From Chlorokybus atmophyticus (taxonomy: Eukaryota > Plantae > Mesostigma and Chlorokybus algae), in contig RHPI01002069.1 in the NCBI GenBank assembly GCA_009103225.1, positions 2,380,846 through 2,444,845 of the forward strand: 64,000 bases of DNA, read 5' to 3'. The notes under the pieces were generated by a model. That model was given only the letters and a program-made list of their open reading frames with translations. It was not told where the DNA came from and ran no database searches. Shown piece after piece: positions 10,946 through 24,900 of the stretch; position 1 is the stretch's first letter; every line of letters starts with the position of its first letter. A program made the position numbers and the translations under genes.

Positions 10946-12978
10946 CATGGGTGTGACACATATGCTGCCATACGTACCATTCATACCGGTGCAATCTGCA
11001 CTCCTGTCAAGTATAAATGCATAGTTTATGTACGTAGACCGCGTGCATATTTTTTGCACTTCACGAGTGTGCATCACCGCGATAAGTGCAAACATGCGCC
11101 CGTTCCCGATGGTATGCACCGAGGTTAGACTGTACTACCCACTATACAGTGGGTAGTAACAATTACAGTGAATTGCATTGTCGTGCGTCGACGCGAGTTG
11201 GCCTGGTGGGAACGGCGTGAAGACGGCTGTGGTGCAGTTGGTACACCTTTGAATGGTACTCCTTTAAATTTTGCCGTTAAGCGCAGGCTCAACCTTGATA
11301 TATAACCTATTGCTCGCTATCTCAGGCATACAAGATAGACGGCAAGCAAAGCGACAGCATGGCTGGTGCGACCGTTGTCCGGGACAGGGTACGGTGCACT
11401 GCTGCTCCGTGCGCCTGTCATTGTCCTGCCCCTGCCGGCCAATGCCTGGTGTGCCGGCCGGTGCCGGCGCTAGCTGCAGAGTCCGGATGCGCTGCGTTGT
11501 TCATCTCGAGCGGCTCTCCATTACGGTCAAAAGACCGGAGCCTGACAGATGCTCTATCCTTCGTGCCAACCAACATTGCAGTCTCACTGAGGTCGCTGTG
11601 TGACGTGCACAGTAGGTAACCATTTGTCTTGTCAAAATCTGACAGGCTTTTGTTGGCAGGACTTTTGTCGTGATGTCGGGAACTTCACTGTCTGGCTATC
11701 TTCATATGTAACGCCGTTGACCGGAACCACGAACACGCCTGACGTGACGTTGGAGGTCTCCAGGTTAACTGACCAATCTTAGACTTTCCGGTCAACCAAT
11801 GACTTTTTGCTCCCTGCGGAATATCCCGTAATAGTATCAACTACCTGCGAGGTCATATTTAGAAGCTGTTAGGGGCAACGCTACGGTGTCACTTTTTGTA
11901 TGTCTTTTTTGATTTGTTGTTCTTTGGTTGCTTTCTCCAACCCCCGGATGTATTCTTAGACCAAAAAGCAGGGGCAACCGATCGCCTGTTGAAGCAGTTG
12001 GGGTGTGTGACAATAGGGGTGATGGGGACAGCGGCGGCGGTGTCGGCGGCAATGTCGGCGGCGGCAGAGGCGCTCGGCAGGGATGGAGCGAGACAGTGAC
12101 AGCGAGGGAGTGTGAAGCCTATGCATGACACAGCAACACCCACCTCCCTCGCTTGTAACTCTGCTCTAGTGTAACACCAAGGAGTGCTGTCAACCATCAG
12201 GGAAACAGCACTCTGCTGTATCTGATAGTGATACAGTCCGAATCTTGGTTGTTTATTTGTGTATTTATTCATATTGTAGCATCCTTCTTCAGGGTTGTAC
12301 ACGCGCTGCGTAGTGTACAAGTCGGGCAGCTGTTTTGGCTGCGATTGCAGAGTGCGGGGCAGGCGTCCCCCAATCAAAAAGCGCCACTCCAAATGGAGGT
12401 GCCACAGCTACCTCCGCCAGCTTGCGCCAACTCTCGCCGGCGCCGATTCTCGGTGCGTGCATTGCATCAACGCTAACGCAAGCATCCTTGCCTTGTCTAG
12501 AGTTGGTCACACGATTCAATAAAAGTAGTACCTCTGATGCATACGCTGATGCTGTCTGTGAGCTGTCTTCATGCGTATCTGTTGCAGCATTTGCTTTGCC
12601 GCACTCTGATCCATGTCGTCTGTGTGAGTGTGTGCACATATGTGCGTGTGAGCGACACAATGAGAGTGAGAGAATGAGGGAGGCTAAGTGAGAGAGAGAC
12701 TGACTGAGTGTACGCGTGCCTTATGTGACACATCATAGATGGTTTCAAACAGTTAACTATGCGGCCTTTGTCGCAAGTGATTGGCTAGTCCATTGCTACC
12801 TTTGCACCCGCCCAAACGTCTCTGTTTTGTGTTGGTAGTCGTGGATGACTGCATCAACAAGCCATGGGCCGATCGGATAGTTATTCAAAGCGCATCGGTC
12901 GTACTTGTTGTACTTGCACCCAGTTAGTTGCTGAAGTTTCAAGCATGCTGAACCTTATTTGTGTGATTGTTCTGCCAG

Positions 12979-15900
12979 GAGGGTGCATTTTACAGGGAGA
13001 GCCCCTGGCTGCCCCTTCTCCTGCTGCTGCTTCTGACCTCTCCAGCAGCGAGCACACCGATCCGTAAGTTTCTTGTTGCAAATATCGCACTGCCCATTGC
13101 AACCAACAACCCTCTCAGTGTGTAACAATATATTGCGGATCCAAACAAGCACAGCATGCATGATTAAGTTTGCTGTATGGATAACTGCATGTCCACTTTG
13201 TCAGTCTCACAACTTCTTACTCTCCACAGGTCATCCGCAAGACCACCCATTGTTCCGCTCCTTGGCTGAGAAAAGTTCCGTGGTGGCGGAAGCCGCCAAC
13301 TCACAGAACATCACGAGAGTCGGCGTTGCCGGCGAGGCTGGCACATCGACGGATGCAACTCTCTCCAGTCTCACGGTGCGCTGCCACATACAAGACATAT
13401 TTCATCATCTGTGCTACTTGTGACAATGTTGGCACACTTTGGCACAACACGTCTGTCGTCTATGCAGGTTGATCCGGGCTACTTCAGGCCTCAGTTTTCG
13501 TCAGCTATTGTAGAATATTGGATCAACGTGCCTTATCAAGTGAGCACAATCGAATTCACGCCGACGGTGAACTACAATGGTGCTACAGTAAAGGTGCAGA
13601 GAGTGCTATGGCCTTGCCCTGCATTGCTTGCCAACTTGTGCTGACTGACTGAACCATTGGTCCTGATGTAGGTTTCTGGGCAACAAGTCGACTCCGGAGC
13701 CTCATCTATAGCCCAACCCTTGCAGACCGGCACCAACAGCATTATCATCCAGGTGACCTCCGAGGACAGCACCAGTATCAACTACTACACCATCACTGGT
13801 AAGCTTCTCACTTGGTGACATGCATGATGCAAAGCTGGACTTGGGGGAGCGCATAGGATCATGTAATTGTTACTGTGCACAGTCACTCGCTGGCAAGAGG
13901 CCAAGATGGGAGCCTACTACAAGCTCACATCTACAGCTTCGGCGTTAGCGTGCACATCCACTGGCAGTAATGTTGTAGTCAACGTGGTGCCGGACTGCGA
14001 TGCTTGGTACCTCGACTTTGGTACAGCCAACTCGCCACCCCCGCCGCCAACACCTCCCCCACCCCCTCCAACCGTACACCCATTGACAGCCGGACCGGCA
14101 ATATGCCTGGTCTGGCTGCAGACCATGTATGGTCCAGTCTTTCGCGGCCACTAGGACCGGTAATATGTCTGGTCCAGCCACGCACCACATCTGATGCGAG
14201 ACTGCGCACTAGGATTTGGGACCCTGAACGGACCATGCACGGTCCGTCCTCCGCAGACCAGGCAGTCCTGGCCCGCGGGATACGGACCATGCATGGTCCG
14301 TATCCCGGGGGGTACGTGAAAGGACCATACCTGGTCCTTGAACGTCGATCCGTGTGTCAGTGTGCATGCAAAGATTGTGTATCATTCTTTTCTTATCAAT
14401 ATGCATGGATGCATTAAGGTAAAAAACTTACTAACATCAGCATGCTTAACATCTCATGCCGGTAATGGCACATAAAAGTAGATAAGTTAAACATTGGAGA
14501 CTCGTGTGCCAAGAGTTTACATTGGAGATCCGTGTGCCACGAGTTTACAATGTCAGAACTGGCAGCACTGCCTTAAACTTTTGTATGTCAATGTTTGTGC
14601 TTGCATGGACTCTGCATGTGCCAGTATTGGCATACTCTTTTACATGTCGTCGCTAGCTAGAGTGTTTGATGCCAAGCATGGCACCAGTCTATCTTTGTGC
14701 CAATAATAATTGACATGTGCAGTGTGCCAGCATTGGCACACGCCGTTTGTGCCACTTATCAGTAGGTAAGTTAGCATCCATTGCTGGCACAAGCCATTTT
14801 GTGCCAGTTTTGAAGCTTTCCGGGTCTAGCCTCAAAAGACAGACAGACAGGTGCCAATACTAGCACGAGCTGCAGGCCTTATGTGTGTGTGCAAGCTTGT
14901 GGATTGCTGTTCCAAAAGGCCCCCCCACCATCAATTTGAAGTGGGGTGATCCTACTGGAACAGCACCCTATAGCCTATTGTGGCTGCATCTACACAATAG
15001 GAGCGGAGTACATCATCATGATCACGGTTGTACTGTACATGTATAACATCGACGCCTTAACCACTGGCTATGGCAGCAAAAGTCGATGCCCTATGAGGAG
15101 CCACATGCCATTCAACCACGTCCCATAACCCCAGAATGACAGCATTGCATCATCTTCAGCTGCAAAGGAAGCATTATAAAGAAGGCTCTGAAAACTGATA
15201 GTAGATCTTGGACACCCTTTGGAGAGCAATCCTCTTAGCAAGGAGCAAGCATATTAATGTGGACCATCACTTTATGAAAGACAGAACGGCGGGAGGTAAG
15301 GGNAGACACCCCCACCTCCACCCCCTCTAGGCTGCGATCTAACCTTCTCCGATCTCGCCACGCTGCCCATCACGCCCTCGTACACGAGACCTGATGGCGT
15401 TGTTGTGCAGCTGCAGCCGGTGTATCCGACTGGCAGATACATGAGTGCTCAGTACAGCATCCCCATCACTCAAGTGGGCACGTATAAGTTCTCAGCCACG
15501 TACATCAATCAGAACGGCGCGGCAACCAAGCTGTCGGGTTCCGACACAGAGTTCTGCACCGTGGTACGCTCAATGCATACATGAAGCTTTACTACTGCTT
15601 GAGCGTGCCTGCGTGTTTAAGTACAGAGCACGTGTACCCGTTAAGAAGATGCTTGCCAGTTAGACTCTTGCATTCTGGTCAATTGCAACGCGTGCTGCAG
15701 GTCGGTTTGATGCGCATGTCTGGTTCAACACTGAAGTGCGCTTCGACTCTTACAGCTGGCACGGCAACCATGACATTAACCGGTAAGCAAGCTGTAACTC
15801 AGCTGTTCAGAAACACGTGACAAATCATGCATTGTCATGAGGCTCACTGAGTTGGAATGATGCAGGCAAGGACGTTTATGGCAATGTGCTTAGTGGGTAT

Positions 15901-18900
15901 GGCTACAGCACCGGCTTGTGTTTGTTGGCTTCGGACATTCACGTGCAGGTTTGCACGCCACAAACCGCGCCTCCTCCGCCCCCAGCTTCCCCTCCACCTC
16001 GACCGCCGCCACCTCCTCCGCCACCACCTCCGCCACCATCCCCACCACCATCTCCGCCCCCTCCTCCCCCTCCTCCCCCGCATGTTGTTGTATCAAACAC
16101 AAGAAATGCTCATGGACTCCACCATACAGTCATAGCGGGAGCACGTGCATATCCACAGCAAGCAATGTACCTCCAGAGTACGCCCACCATGGCAGCTGCT
16201 TGCCAGCATGCCATAGAGAAAATGCCTCTCTTTCACAGGTAGTTGAACGGCAAGGTTGCCATCCTCACTTCTCATTGCCATCCAGTGGTTAACAGAGACT
16301 AGATACGTGCGCATTGGTTGGTCTGGCTCGCATACGGAATCGATGGCGGCGACGCCAACAACAACTGCGTTGTTGCAAATGTCGAACACCTGATCTTCAG
16401 CATATCCGTCCGCACCCTTGTCGTGACATGCAGAGTAGCAGTCAGAGTAGCAGGCACCATGTGCGAAGCTAGTATGGAGGCAACAGTAAAACAGGACCGA
16501 CAGTCGACTGCACCATGGTTGCTTACCTCTCTTTTAGCCAAGTGGCCCGGTACTGAGCGTTTGTGAGAGGCTCAGCGGTTAAAGGCGCAAGCATGACCAC
16601 CTGCTGGTTGGCCCTCATGTCCCTCCCCAGACAAAATGTCATGCCCCAGCCAGCTCCAGCTTGAGCAGCGCGGCTACCTTGTGCAGCTTCCCTGTCGCTG
16701 GCACGCCTTTGCTTCTTGGCTTCATTGCGTTGTTGGACGCTCTTCCCGGTACCACTGCCGCGCTTCGCGCCAACGGAGTACTGCACTAGCACATACTGCT
16801 TGATTTGTGCTGCAACACAAGCAGATACAAGTACAGCAAAGTACCAACGGCAAGGACTGTGAACGGCAAGACAGCTCCATGTAGCACACATTTTCAGCTG
16901 TTGGAAGTTGCCATCTAGCAGAAGACAGCCTCAAAGACAGCATATCACAACTGGTCACTGAAGCAACAAGCACGAACACAGCAGCAGCAACCAGGGCAAG
17001 GACTGTCAACGTAAACACAGTGCCCAGACAGCACTTTTAGCTGTTGCAAGCTGCTAGCAAACAAAAGACAGCATACCGCAACTGGGCACTGAAAGCTACT
17101 TTGCACAGCAATTAACACGAACACAGCAATAGCATCTAGGGTAAGGACCATCCAAGGCGACTGCTGAGGCCATGTGGCCAGCGGTTACCATGCCTCAACT
17201 CCTTAGGCCGTGCGTTTCTCATCACAGTTAGCCGACTGTCAATCTCATCCTTGCTGACCTGCTCGTCCCCACCATCCATCAGAGTGCAGGCTGTCAAGCT
17301 CTTGGCCAGTCCTTCGGCTAGCGTGTGCATGGTATACAAGACCATGTCCTGGCATGGGTCAAAGTTGTACATCCGCCAAAGCCTCCACAAAGGCGACATC
17401 CCGTTGACGCCATACTTCTTGGCTTTTTCTTTCTTGCGATTGGGATCTTCTGTGCTTTCAATTTCATAGGCCACCTGGTAAGTGGCCTCTGCAGTTCTTT
17501 TAGCAAATGGCGACTGTGGTAGCGGCTGCTAGCGTAGTGGAAATTGGTCATGTTGCTCCGAGTTTCTTCAACAACATCATTGCCAGTGCTGGGATATTGA
17601 GTGACTTTTTTGGTGACAATAGAGTACCGGGTATGAGTTGCCAGCAGGCAACAATCCCTGCAACCGCATAAGCCGCCATTCTTGAATTGCCCCATCTCGC
17701 TTTAAGCGGGATTGTTACCGGCTATGTTCATGACAATGGCTCTGAGGAAAGCCTTTTCACCTGCAAAACCCGTTGCATTTGGACGCATTGCTTTATGGGC
17801 AGCGCGTGTGAAGCTATGCGCAGGAAACAACCGCGACCTTTCAACATGGACTGTCGCGTACAGTGGATGAATGCACAAAGATAGTTGCTATTGACAATCG
17901 CTGTTGACAATCTTCGAACCTCAATGGATTTACACAAGGTGTTCTATAAAGCAACATAATAGTGACAGTCGTCCTTGACAGCTCTCAATGGATTGTGCTT
18001 ACTCTGCTGAATTCATTACAATGCTTTTTTTGTTGACAGGCGATGTCAACAATCACATTCTTGACACAGCATTGCGCACGAGGTGTTGTGAACAGATGTA
18101 TCAAGCATACCGGCCAATCGATGAGGGAGCTTGATGTCCACCTGGCTGGAGTCCAAACCGTTGTGCGTAGGGAAGCCCATGGCGTACAAATCCTCCAACT
18201 CATCCAGCATGGGCTTCAGAAACGGGTTTGGACAGTCTTTGTCAGCGTCGAGTAGCTCGTCAGCTGAGACAAATACCACGGGCATGATGGAAGAAGCCTG
18301 TGAGCTGACGCGCTTGCCTCCATTGAGCACAACAGCGTTGATGACAAGGCTGCTCCGTTTTGTAGTGGATGCAGAGCTGAAACCGTCACTGTGCAGCATG
18401 AGCGCAACGTTGCGCGGGTCTCCAGTACACTGCTGCGCAGCCTCTTCATTATCATAGGAGCATTCGCAATGCCATTTCTGATAACCATCCCTGTGCTGGG
18501 ACATGTTAATGTTATAACTGTAGCGTCCACAATCACATTTGTTTGGCAGAGGAATGATCTTCGCGCAGTCCCAAAAGAAGACAGCTCTCTCCACTTGTTG
18601 CCATGCCAATCTTCCCATTGAGGCATGGGGGGCTGGTTAGCTGGCACGTCGAGCCAGGTGTCTTTGTCTCACCAAGCAGCAAGGTTGTCATATGCGATAG
18701 AAGGTACTTTCAGCCACGGACCGAGCCTTAGACCAATGGGTGTATACAAATTGTCAATGCACTCCTTGCGCGTGCGCCCGTATTGGCCTCCGCACAGCTG
18801 TTTCCACAAGCGCTTCACACGCTTGTGGCGACTGTCATCTGCCTCATAGCTGTCCTCGCTGTCGTCGAACCCGCATGGGTAAGCATCTGGAAAGAGGTAA

Positions 18901-21900
18901 TTACATCGCGTGCATGCTGTATATCTCTGTAACTCTGGCATTCCGATGGTAGTCAGCAATGCATCGACTGCCGTGATGTCAGTCGGCTGGGAGGGGTTGC
19001 GCTGACCGAGCAAGGTGTGGAGGTCATTTCGCAGGTGACTGTGGTCATAGGAAGGATCCTTGGCAAGTTGAACGATTAAATCCTCAGCGCCGAATATAAT
19101 CTTCTGTACTATATCAATCAGTGATTGCTGGGCATGAGAGTCCTTTAAGTCTGTCAGAAGTGCCATGAATTTATCCAGCATCTTTTGCGTAGGTGTCTCT
19201 GAGGTTTGTTGCTGGCAAGAAATGCCTGGCTGAGGGGTATCGCATTGTGCTGAAGGCATTGGCGGTGGGTGCATACTTTCTTGCGCCGCCGTGTCTAGTC
19301 GCATGTGGGCCATGGCAGTCTCCGAGTTAATCAACTGCCAAAAAAAACCGGGCTGTCAACAACCGTAAATATGGTTCACAACGTTGTGCGCATAGCAGTG
19401 GGCGAACATGACAGTCGCATGGAAAGCCTCAGTGCATGTCCAACAACCGTGCGCGCTATGTTGAGTGAGCATGAGCAACATGATTTGTGCACACCTTGCC
19501 ATGGCACCTCAGGCAAGAGCAAATTCTTTGGGAGTCTTCGTGCTGCTCGGGTTCTTCAACAGCCTCTTCGTCACTTGTTAGCGCATGCAAGTCGTCAGTT
19601 GGCATGTCAATAGTCTCTTGCAAGTCTGATTGTTGCCATGGTTGCTGAGAGGGGGCAGCACTACCGGTGCCAGCCATGTTCACAGTCGGCTGTGGATCAG
19701 ACTGATGTTGAAGTGGAGTTGTCGCTGCACTGCCGGTGCCAGCCATGTTGATAGTCGGCTGTCCATGGAATTGCAGTAGAGCTGTTGCGGCACTGCTGTT
19801 GCTGGCGACATCGATAGTCGGCTGTCCACCTGACTATTGCCTTGGGCGAAGTGTGGCTGCCAATCCACTGGTAGTGATGCCGGCCACATGGACAGTCGGC
19901 TGTTGATTTGCGGGAGGCCTACAGAAATCCAGCAGTTAGACCATATGCACTGGCACCATCAACTGACAACAATACACACCACGGCAGCTAGTGCACGTGC
20001 AGCTCGTTGACAGTCCTCTAGCAGGTGAAGGCTGTCACAGCAACGATAGCAGGTGGCATGCACAGAAAACCGCGTCACCATTGCTGAGAAGCAAGTAAGG
20101 TCAGCAAATTAACTTACTGCTCATGCTGCTGGCTGATCTCGCCATCCAGCTGGTCGTGTCAACTTCATGGGCAGGCTGTGGGTTGTCAACATCGTGCTGC
20201 ACATCAGCCGCCTGCTCCGGCAAGGGTAGGGAACTCTGTTGGCTGCGACGGCGGTGCCTACGACTGGTGTTCCTCTTATCGGCTGGTTGCAAGTTGATTC
20301 CCAGCTTGGTACTAATGTCCCTGGCAAACTTGACAGCTTTCTTGCTTGCCATTGATATTGCGCCAGCATTCCGCCACCAAGTACACCGCCAAGAGGCCGC
20401 CGCCGCCGCCACCAACAAGAGCGCCGCCGCCTGCTCCCTCCGCCGGCGCCACCTCACTGAGCGGTAAAACCCTACTGCACAGACCACGGTATTCTGAGCC
20501 TATGCACGCGAGTTGACAGTCGCACCATGCAAGGTGCTTGACTCTATGGAGTAACTGCACACCGTTCGATATGCTTGGATCGACGGTTACAAGAGGCTGC
20601 CATGAAGACTTACCCTTGACAGTCGCATCATGCATGATGCGACCGTCAAGGAGCTGAGCGTGCATCAGCGATGGTCCCAATCATTGTTCTGCAGACCAAC
20701 CCAGAACCATGCATGGTCTGTACTCTCCCAGACCTTCGGACCAGGAAGAGCTTGGTTAAGTCAAGGACCATGTAGGGTCCGCAATCATACAATATTATTT
20801 GAACCAATAGCTGCTTGCTCAGATTAGGGACCATGATCGTCCGTACTCACCCAGACCTTCGGACCAGGAAGAGCTTGGTTAAGTCAAGGACCATATATGG
20901 TCCACAATTATACAACAATGTCGACCAATAGCTGCTTGGTTAGATTAAGAACCATGAATGGTCCGCAATTGTTAGCATTTTGACCAGTAAGAGCTTGTTA
21001 AGGCGGCAGACCATGGTGCGTGCTGCTTGTAAGAAATGACCAATAAGCTGAGCGTGCACCAGCAACGGTCCGCCCAATCAGTGTGGTTCGGACCAGTCAC
21101 ATCATTTTCATTCACCGCAACATATATGGTCCGGCATTGTGGTCTAGACCACGCATGGTCCGTACACCCATTGACAGCCGGACCGGCAATATGCCTGGTC
21201 TGGCTGCAGACCATGTATGGTCCAGTCTTTCGCGGCCACTAGGACCGGTAATATGTCTGGTCCAGCCACGCACCACATCTGATGCGAGACTGCGCACTAG
21301 GATTTGGGACCCTGAACGGACCATGCACGGTCCGTCCTCCGCAGACCAGGCAGTCCTGGCCCGCGGGATACGGACCATGCATGGTCCGTATCCCGGGGGG
21401 TACGTGAAAGGACCATACCTGGTCCTTGAACGTCGATCCGTGTGTCAGTGTGCATGCAAAGATTGTGTATCATTCTTTTCTTATCAATATGCATGGATGC
21501 ATTAAGGTAAAAAACTTACTAACATCAGCATGCTTAACATCTCATGCCGGTAATGGCACATAAAAGTAGATAAGTTAAACATTGGAGACTCGTGTGCCAA
21601 GAGTTTACATTGGAGATCCGTGTGCCACGAGTTTACAATGTCAGAACTGGCAGCACTGCCTTAAACTTTTGTATGTCAATGTTTGTGCTTGCATGGACTC
21701 TGCATGTGCCAGTATTGGCATACTCTTTTACATGTCGTCGCTAGCTAGAGTGTTTGATGCCAAGCATGGCACCAGTCTATCTTTGTGCCAATAATAATTG
21801 ACATGTGCAGTGTGCCAGCATTGGCACACGCCGTTTGTGCCACTTATCAGTAGGTAAGTTAGCATCCATTGCTGGCACAAGCCATTTTGTGCCAGTTTTG

Positions 21901-24900
21901 AAGCTTTCCGGGTCTAGCCTCAAAAGACAGACAGACAGGTGCCAATACTAGCACGAGCTGCAGGCCTTATGTGTGTGTGCAANGCAGGGTAAGCTGTTGT
22001 GTTTGTGCTTCATACCTTGCTTGCATGTCTAGAAACGTTGTCACTGATGCAATGCGGGTTTTGGATGTTTTTGTGCAGATTCAACGTCGCCTCCGCATCA
22101 GTGACAAGCCAGGATGACTGCTCGTTCACTATCACGTATTCAGCACCACAACTTGGTAACTACTATACGATGGTGTACACGACCGACACAAACTCCATCG
22201 GCACCAAGGCTGAGAGCCTCCAGTGCACTTCACAGGTGAGCACAATTTGTGCATCGTAATGCATATACATCATGTTAGCTCATGTTGTCACAGATGCTGA
22301 GTTTGTAATGTGTGCACACAGGTAACTCCTGGCGCGATTAGTGCAAAGTCATCTATCGACAGCTTCCCGAAGGATGCGCTCATTCTAAACAAGCCAGTCA
22401 CCTTCAATATGATTGGCAAGGACGCTTATGGCAACGCAATGCTGAGCGGCGGTGACAGCAACGCTGTCACATTCGAGTTCCCCGGCCAAGCAGCTCCGCC
22501 AGTTGCCACGACCGTGCAGGACGACCTCGTAACCAAGGGCCACTACGTCATCAGCTTCGCGCCTCTCCGTACCGGCTCATTCACGACCAACATCAAGGTC
22601 AACGAGGTTACGATAACCGGCACGGCCATGCCGTTGGCATTTACTATCACAAATCCGCCTCCACCCCCGCCTCCACCTCCGCACCCACCGCCGCCATCCC
22701 CACCTCATCCACCACCTCCATCACCCCCGCCCTCACCCCCACCCTCACCACCTCCATACCCGCCGCCTTCCCCGCCGCCAACACCGAGCCCACCTCCCCC
22801 GACAGCGAGCCCGCCCCCACCCACCAATCTGGACGTCTCACCACCTCCTCCCAATCAGGGCAACCTCAAGTCTCCTCCTCCTCCCCCCGTGCAGTCCCCT
22901 CCACCACCTCCCGTGACCTCACCTCCCCCACCCACCGCATCACCTCCCCCACCCCCGCCGCCACCCGTTCGCTCACCACCTCCTCCCAGGGTACGGTGCA
23001 CTGCTGCTCCGTGCGCCTGTCATTGTCCTGCCCCTGCCGGCCAATGCCTGGTGTGCCGGCCGGTGCCGGCGCTAGCTGCAGAGTCCGGATGCGCTGCGTT
23101 GTTCATCTCGAGCGGCTCTCCATTACGGTCAAAAGACCGGAGCCTGACAGATGCTCTATCCTTCGTGCCAACCAACATTGCAGTCTCACTGAGGTCGCTG
23201 TGTGACGTGCACAGTAGGTAACCATTTGTCTTGTCAAAATCTGACAGGCTTTTGTTGGCAGGACTTTTGTCGTGATGTCGGGAACTTCACTGTCTGGCTA
23301 TCTTCATATGTAACGCCGTTGACCGGAACCACGAACANGCGTCTCTCCTCATCATCGGGCGCAACAGCTCCAACCTACCCAACAGCGGCGGCGTGATCCA
23401 GGCTGTGTTGTCACCGGGTGGTCTTACGGCCTTCTCCGCTCCAGTCAACACAACGGCGGGCTACTATGCCATCAACTTCACCACGCTGACTGCAACTGGC
23501 ACATACCAGTTTGTGCTCACAATCGACGGGGCCGCCTTCACATCCGGTAACTTCACCATCACCGTGGGTCCCGCCAATGCCTCAAAATCCAAGCTAGTGG
23601 CGCAGAGTCAGTACATCGGTGATGCCGTTGCCACGCTGAAGATCATCACCAACGACGCGTTCGGCAACCGCGTGCCGAGTGCCAACACACCCGTCTCCAG
23701 TCTGAGCGCGGTGTTCACGCCTGCGCTCACGTCCACCATCAGCGCTTCCAACGAGGGAAGCTTCCTCGTGACGTTCACGCCCTCGATGTTGGTGAGCAGC
23801 TACACCATGACCGCGTCAGTGGGCGGGGCCACAACCGGAAACGTGAGCTTCACCGTGTCAACCCTCTCCGCCGCGAGCAACTTCGTGCTGTCCGGCACGG
23901 GTCTGTCTGGTGGCGTTGTTGGCAAGCCACAGTATGTTCTCATCTCCCCAACCAATGGATACAGCGTGGTGGAGAACTTCACCATCACGTTGACGTTGAA
24001 CTCGAGCGCCTCATCAGCCGACCTGCCTCTGCCTCTTGCCTGCTCGCCCACGCGAAGGACCGCTGAGTGTACATTCTCATACAACGCGACAATCGCCGGC
24101 GTGTACTCGCTGAAGGTGGCTATTGGCCACGGTGTTGTCGGTGGTAGCGCTATCAGTGTCCGCATGGTGGCTGATGTGGTCAGCCCCGCCGCTTCCAGCA
24201 TCACGGTGCCAACATTGACCAACTACGTTGCTGGTGCGGGTGTGAGCGCCATCACCCTCGTGTTGAAGGACGCGTACGGCAACCCCACCATCGGCACCGG
24301 CATCAGCGTGGCGTTCACGTCCGGCACCACCACAGTGTTTGGCACCGTGTCCAACCTGACCGTAAGCGCGCTGATCACCATCAGCGGCACGTACACCGTC
24401 AACGCGTTGTACCAAGGCACGCCTCTCACCGGCTCCGGCCAAACCATCACGGTGAACCCCGCCAGCCCATCACCGACGGCATCCGTCATCAGCGGGTCCG
24501 GCACAAAGGACAGCACTGCTGGCAGCGCCCTCAGCGTCAATGCGTACGTGTTCGACTCCTTTGGCAACGCTATCACGCTCGCAACACTCATTGTGAACGT
24601 GGCTGTGGTGCGCACCGCTACCAATGCTACAACCACCAACGCCGGCGCGCTTCTGCCAACCGGCTCCTATGCTGCCAGCTTCACTGTAGAGACAGCTGGC
24701 GCGTACAACATCGTCGTGACAGCTGGCGGTGTCCAGCTGGCCACCTTCGCCACGAGGGTGTCTGCGGCAACCGTCACCGCGGGCTACACGAAGATCATCG
24801 AGTCCACCATTGGTCAATTCGTTGCCGGTCAGTCTGGCAGCTTCTTCGTGCAGATGCGTGATCAGTACCTCAACAACGCGACAGCTGCTGCGACAACCTT

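Noticed and set aside
10765-11128. ORFs with ERERER or SLSLSL runs (also near 36430 and 54920)
   Set aside because: Translations of dinucleotide microsatellites.
11180-11480. Possible small minus-strand gene
   Set aside because: No recognisable domain and no convincing exon chain.
11889-12660. Minus-strand ORFs (167 and 123 aa) as a gene or Gypsy remnant
   Set aside because: Only vague motif resemblance and no consistent splice model.
16081-21982. Independent second transposition of the CACTA element into the giant gene
   Set aside because: It lacks the left end, carries the original right flank (9628-10153), has no TSD and ends at an N.
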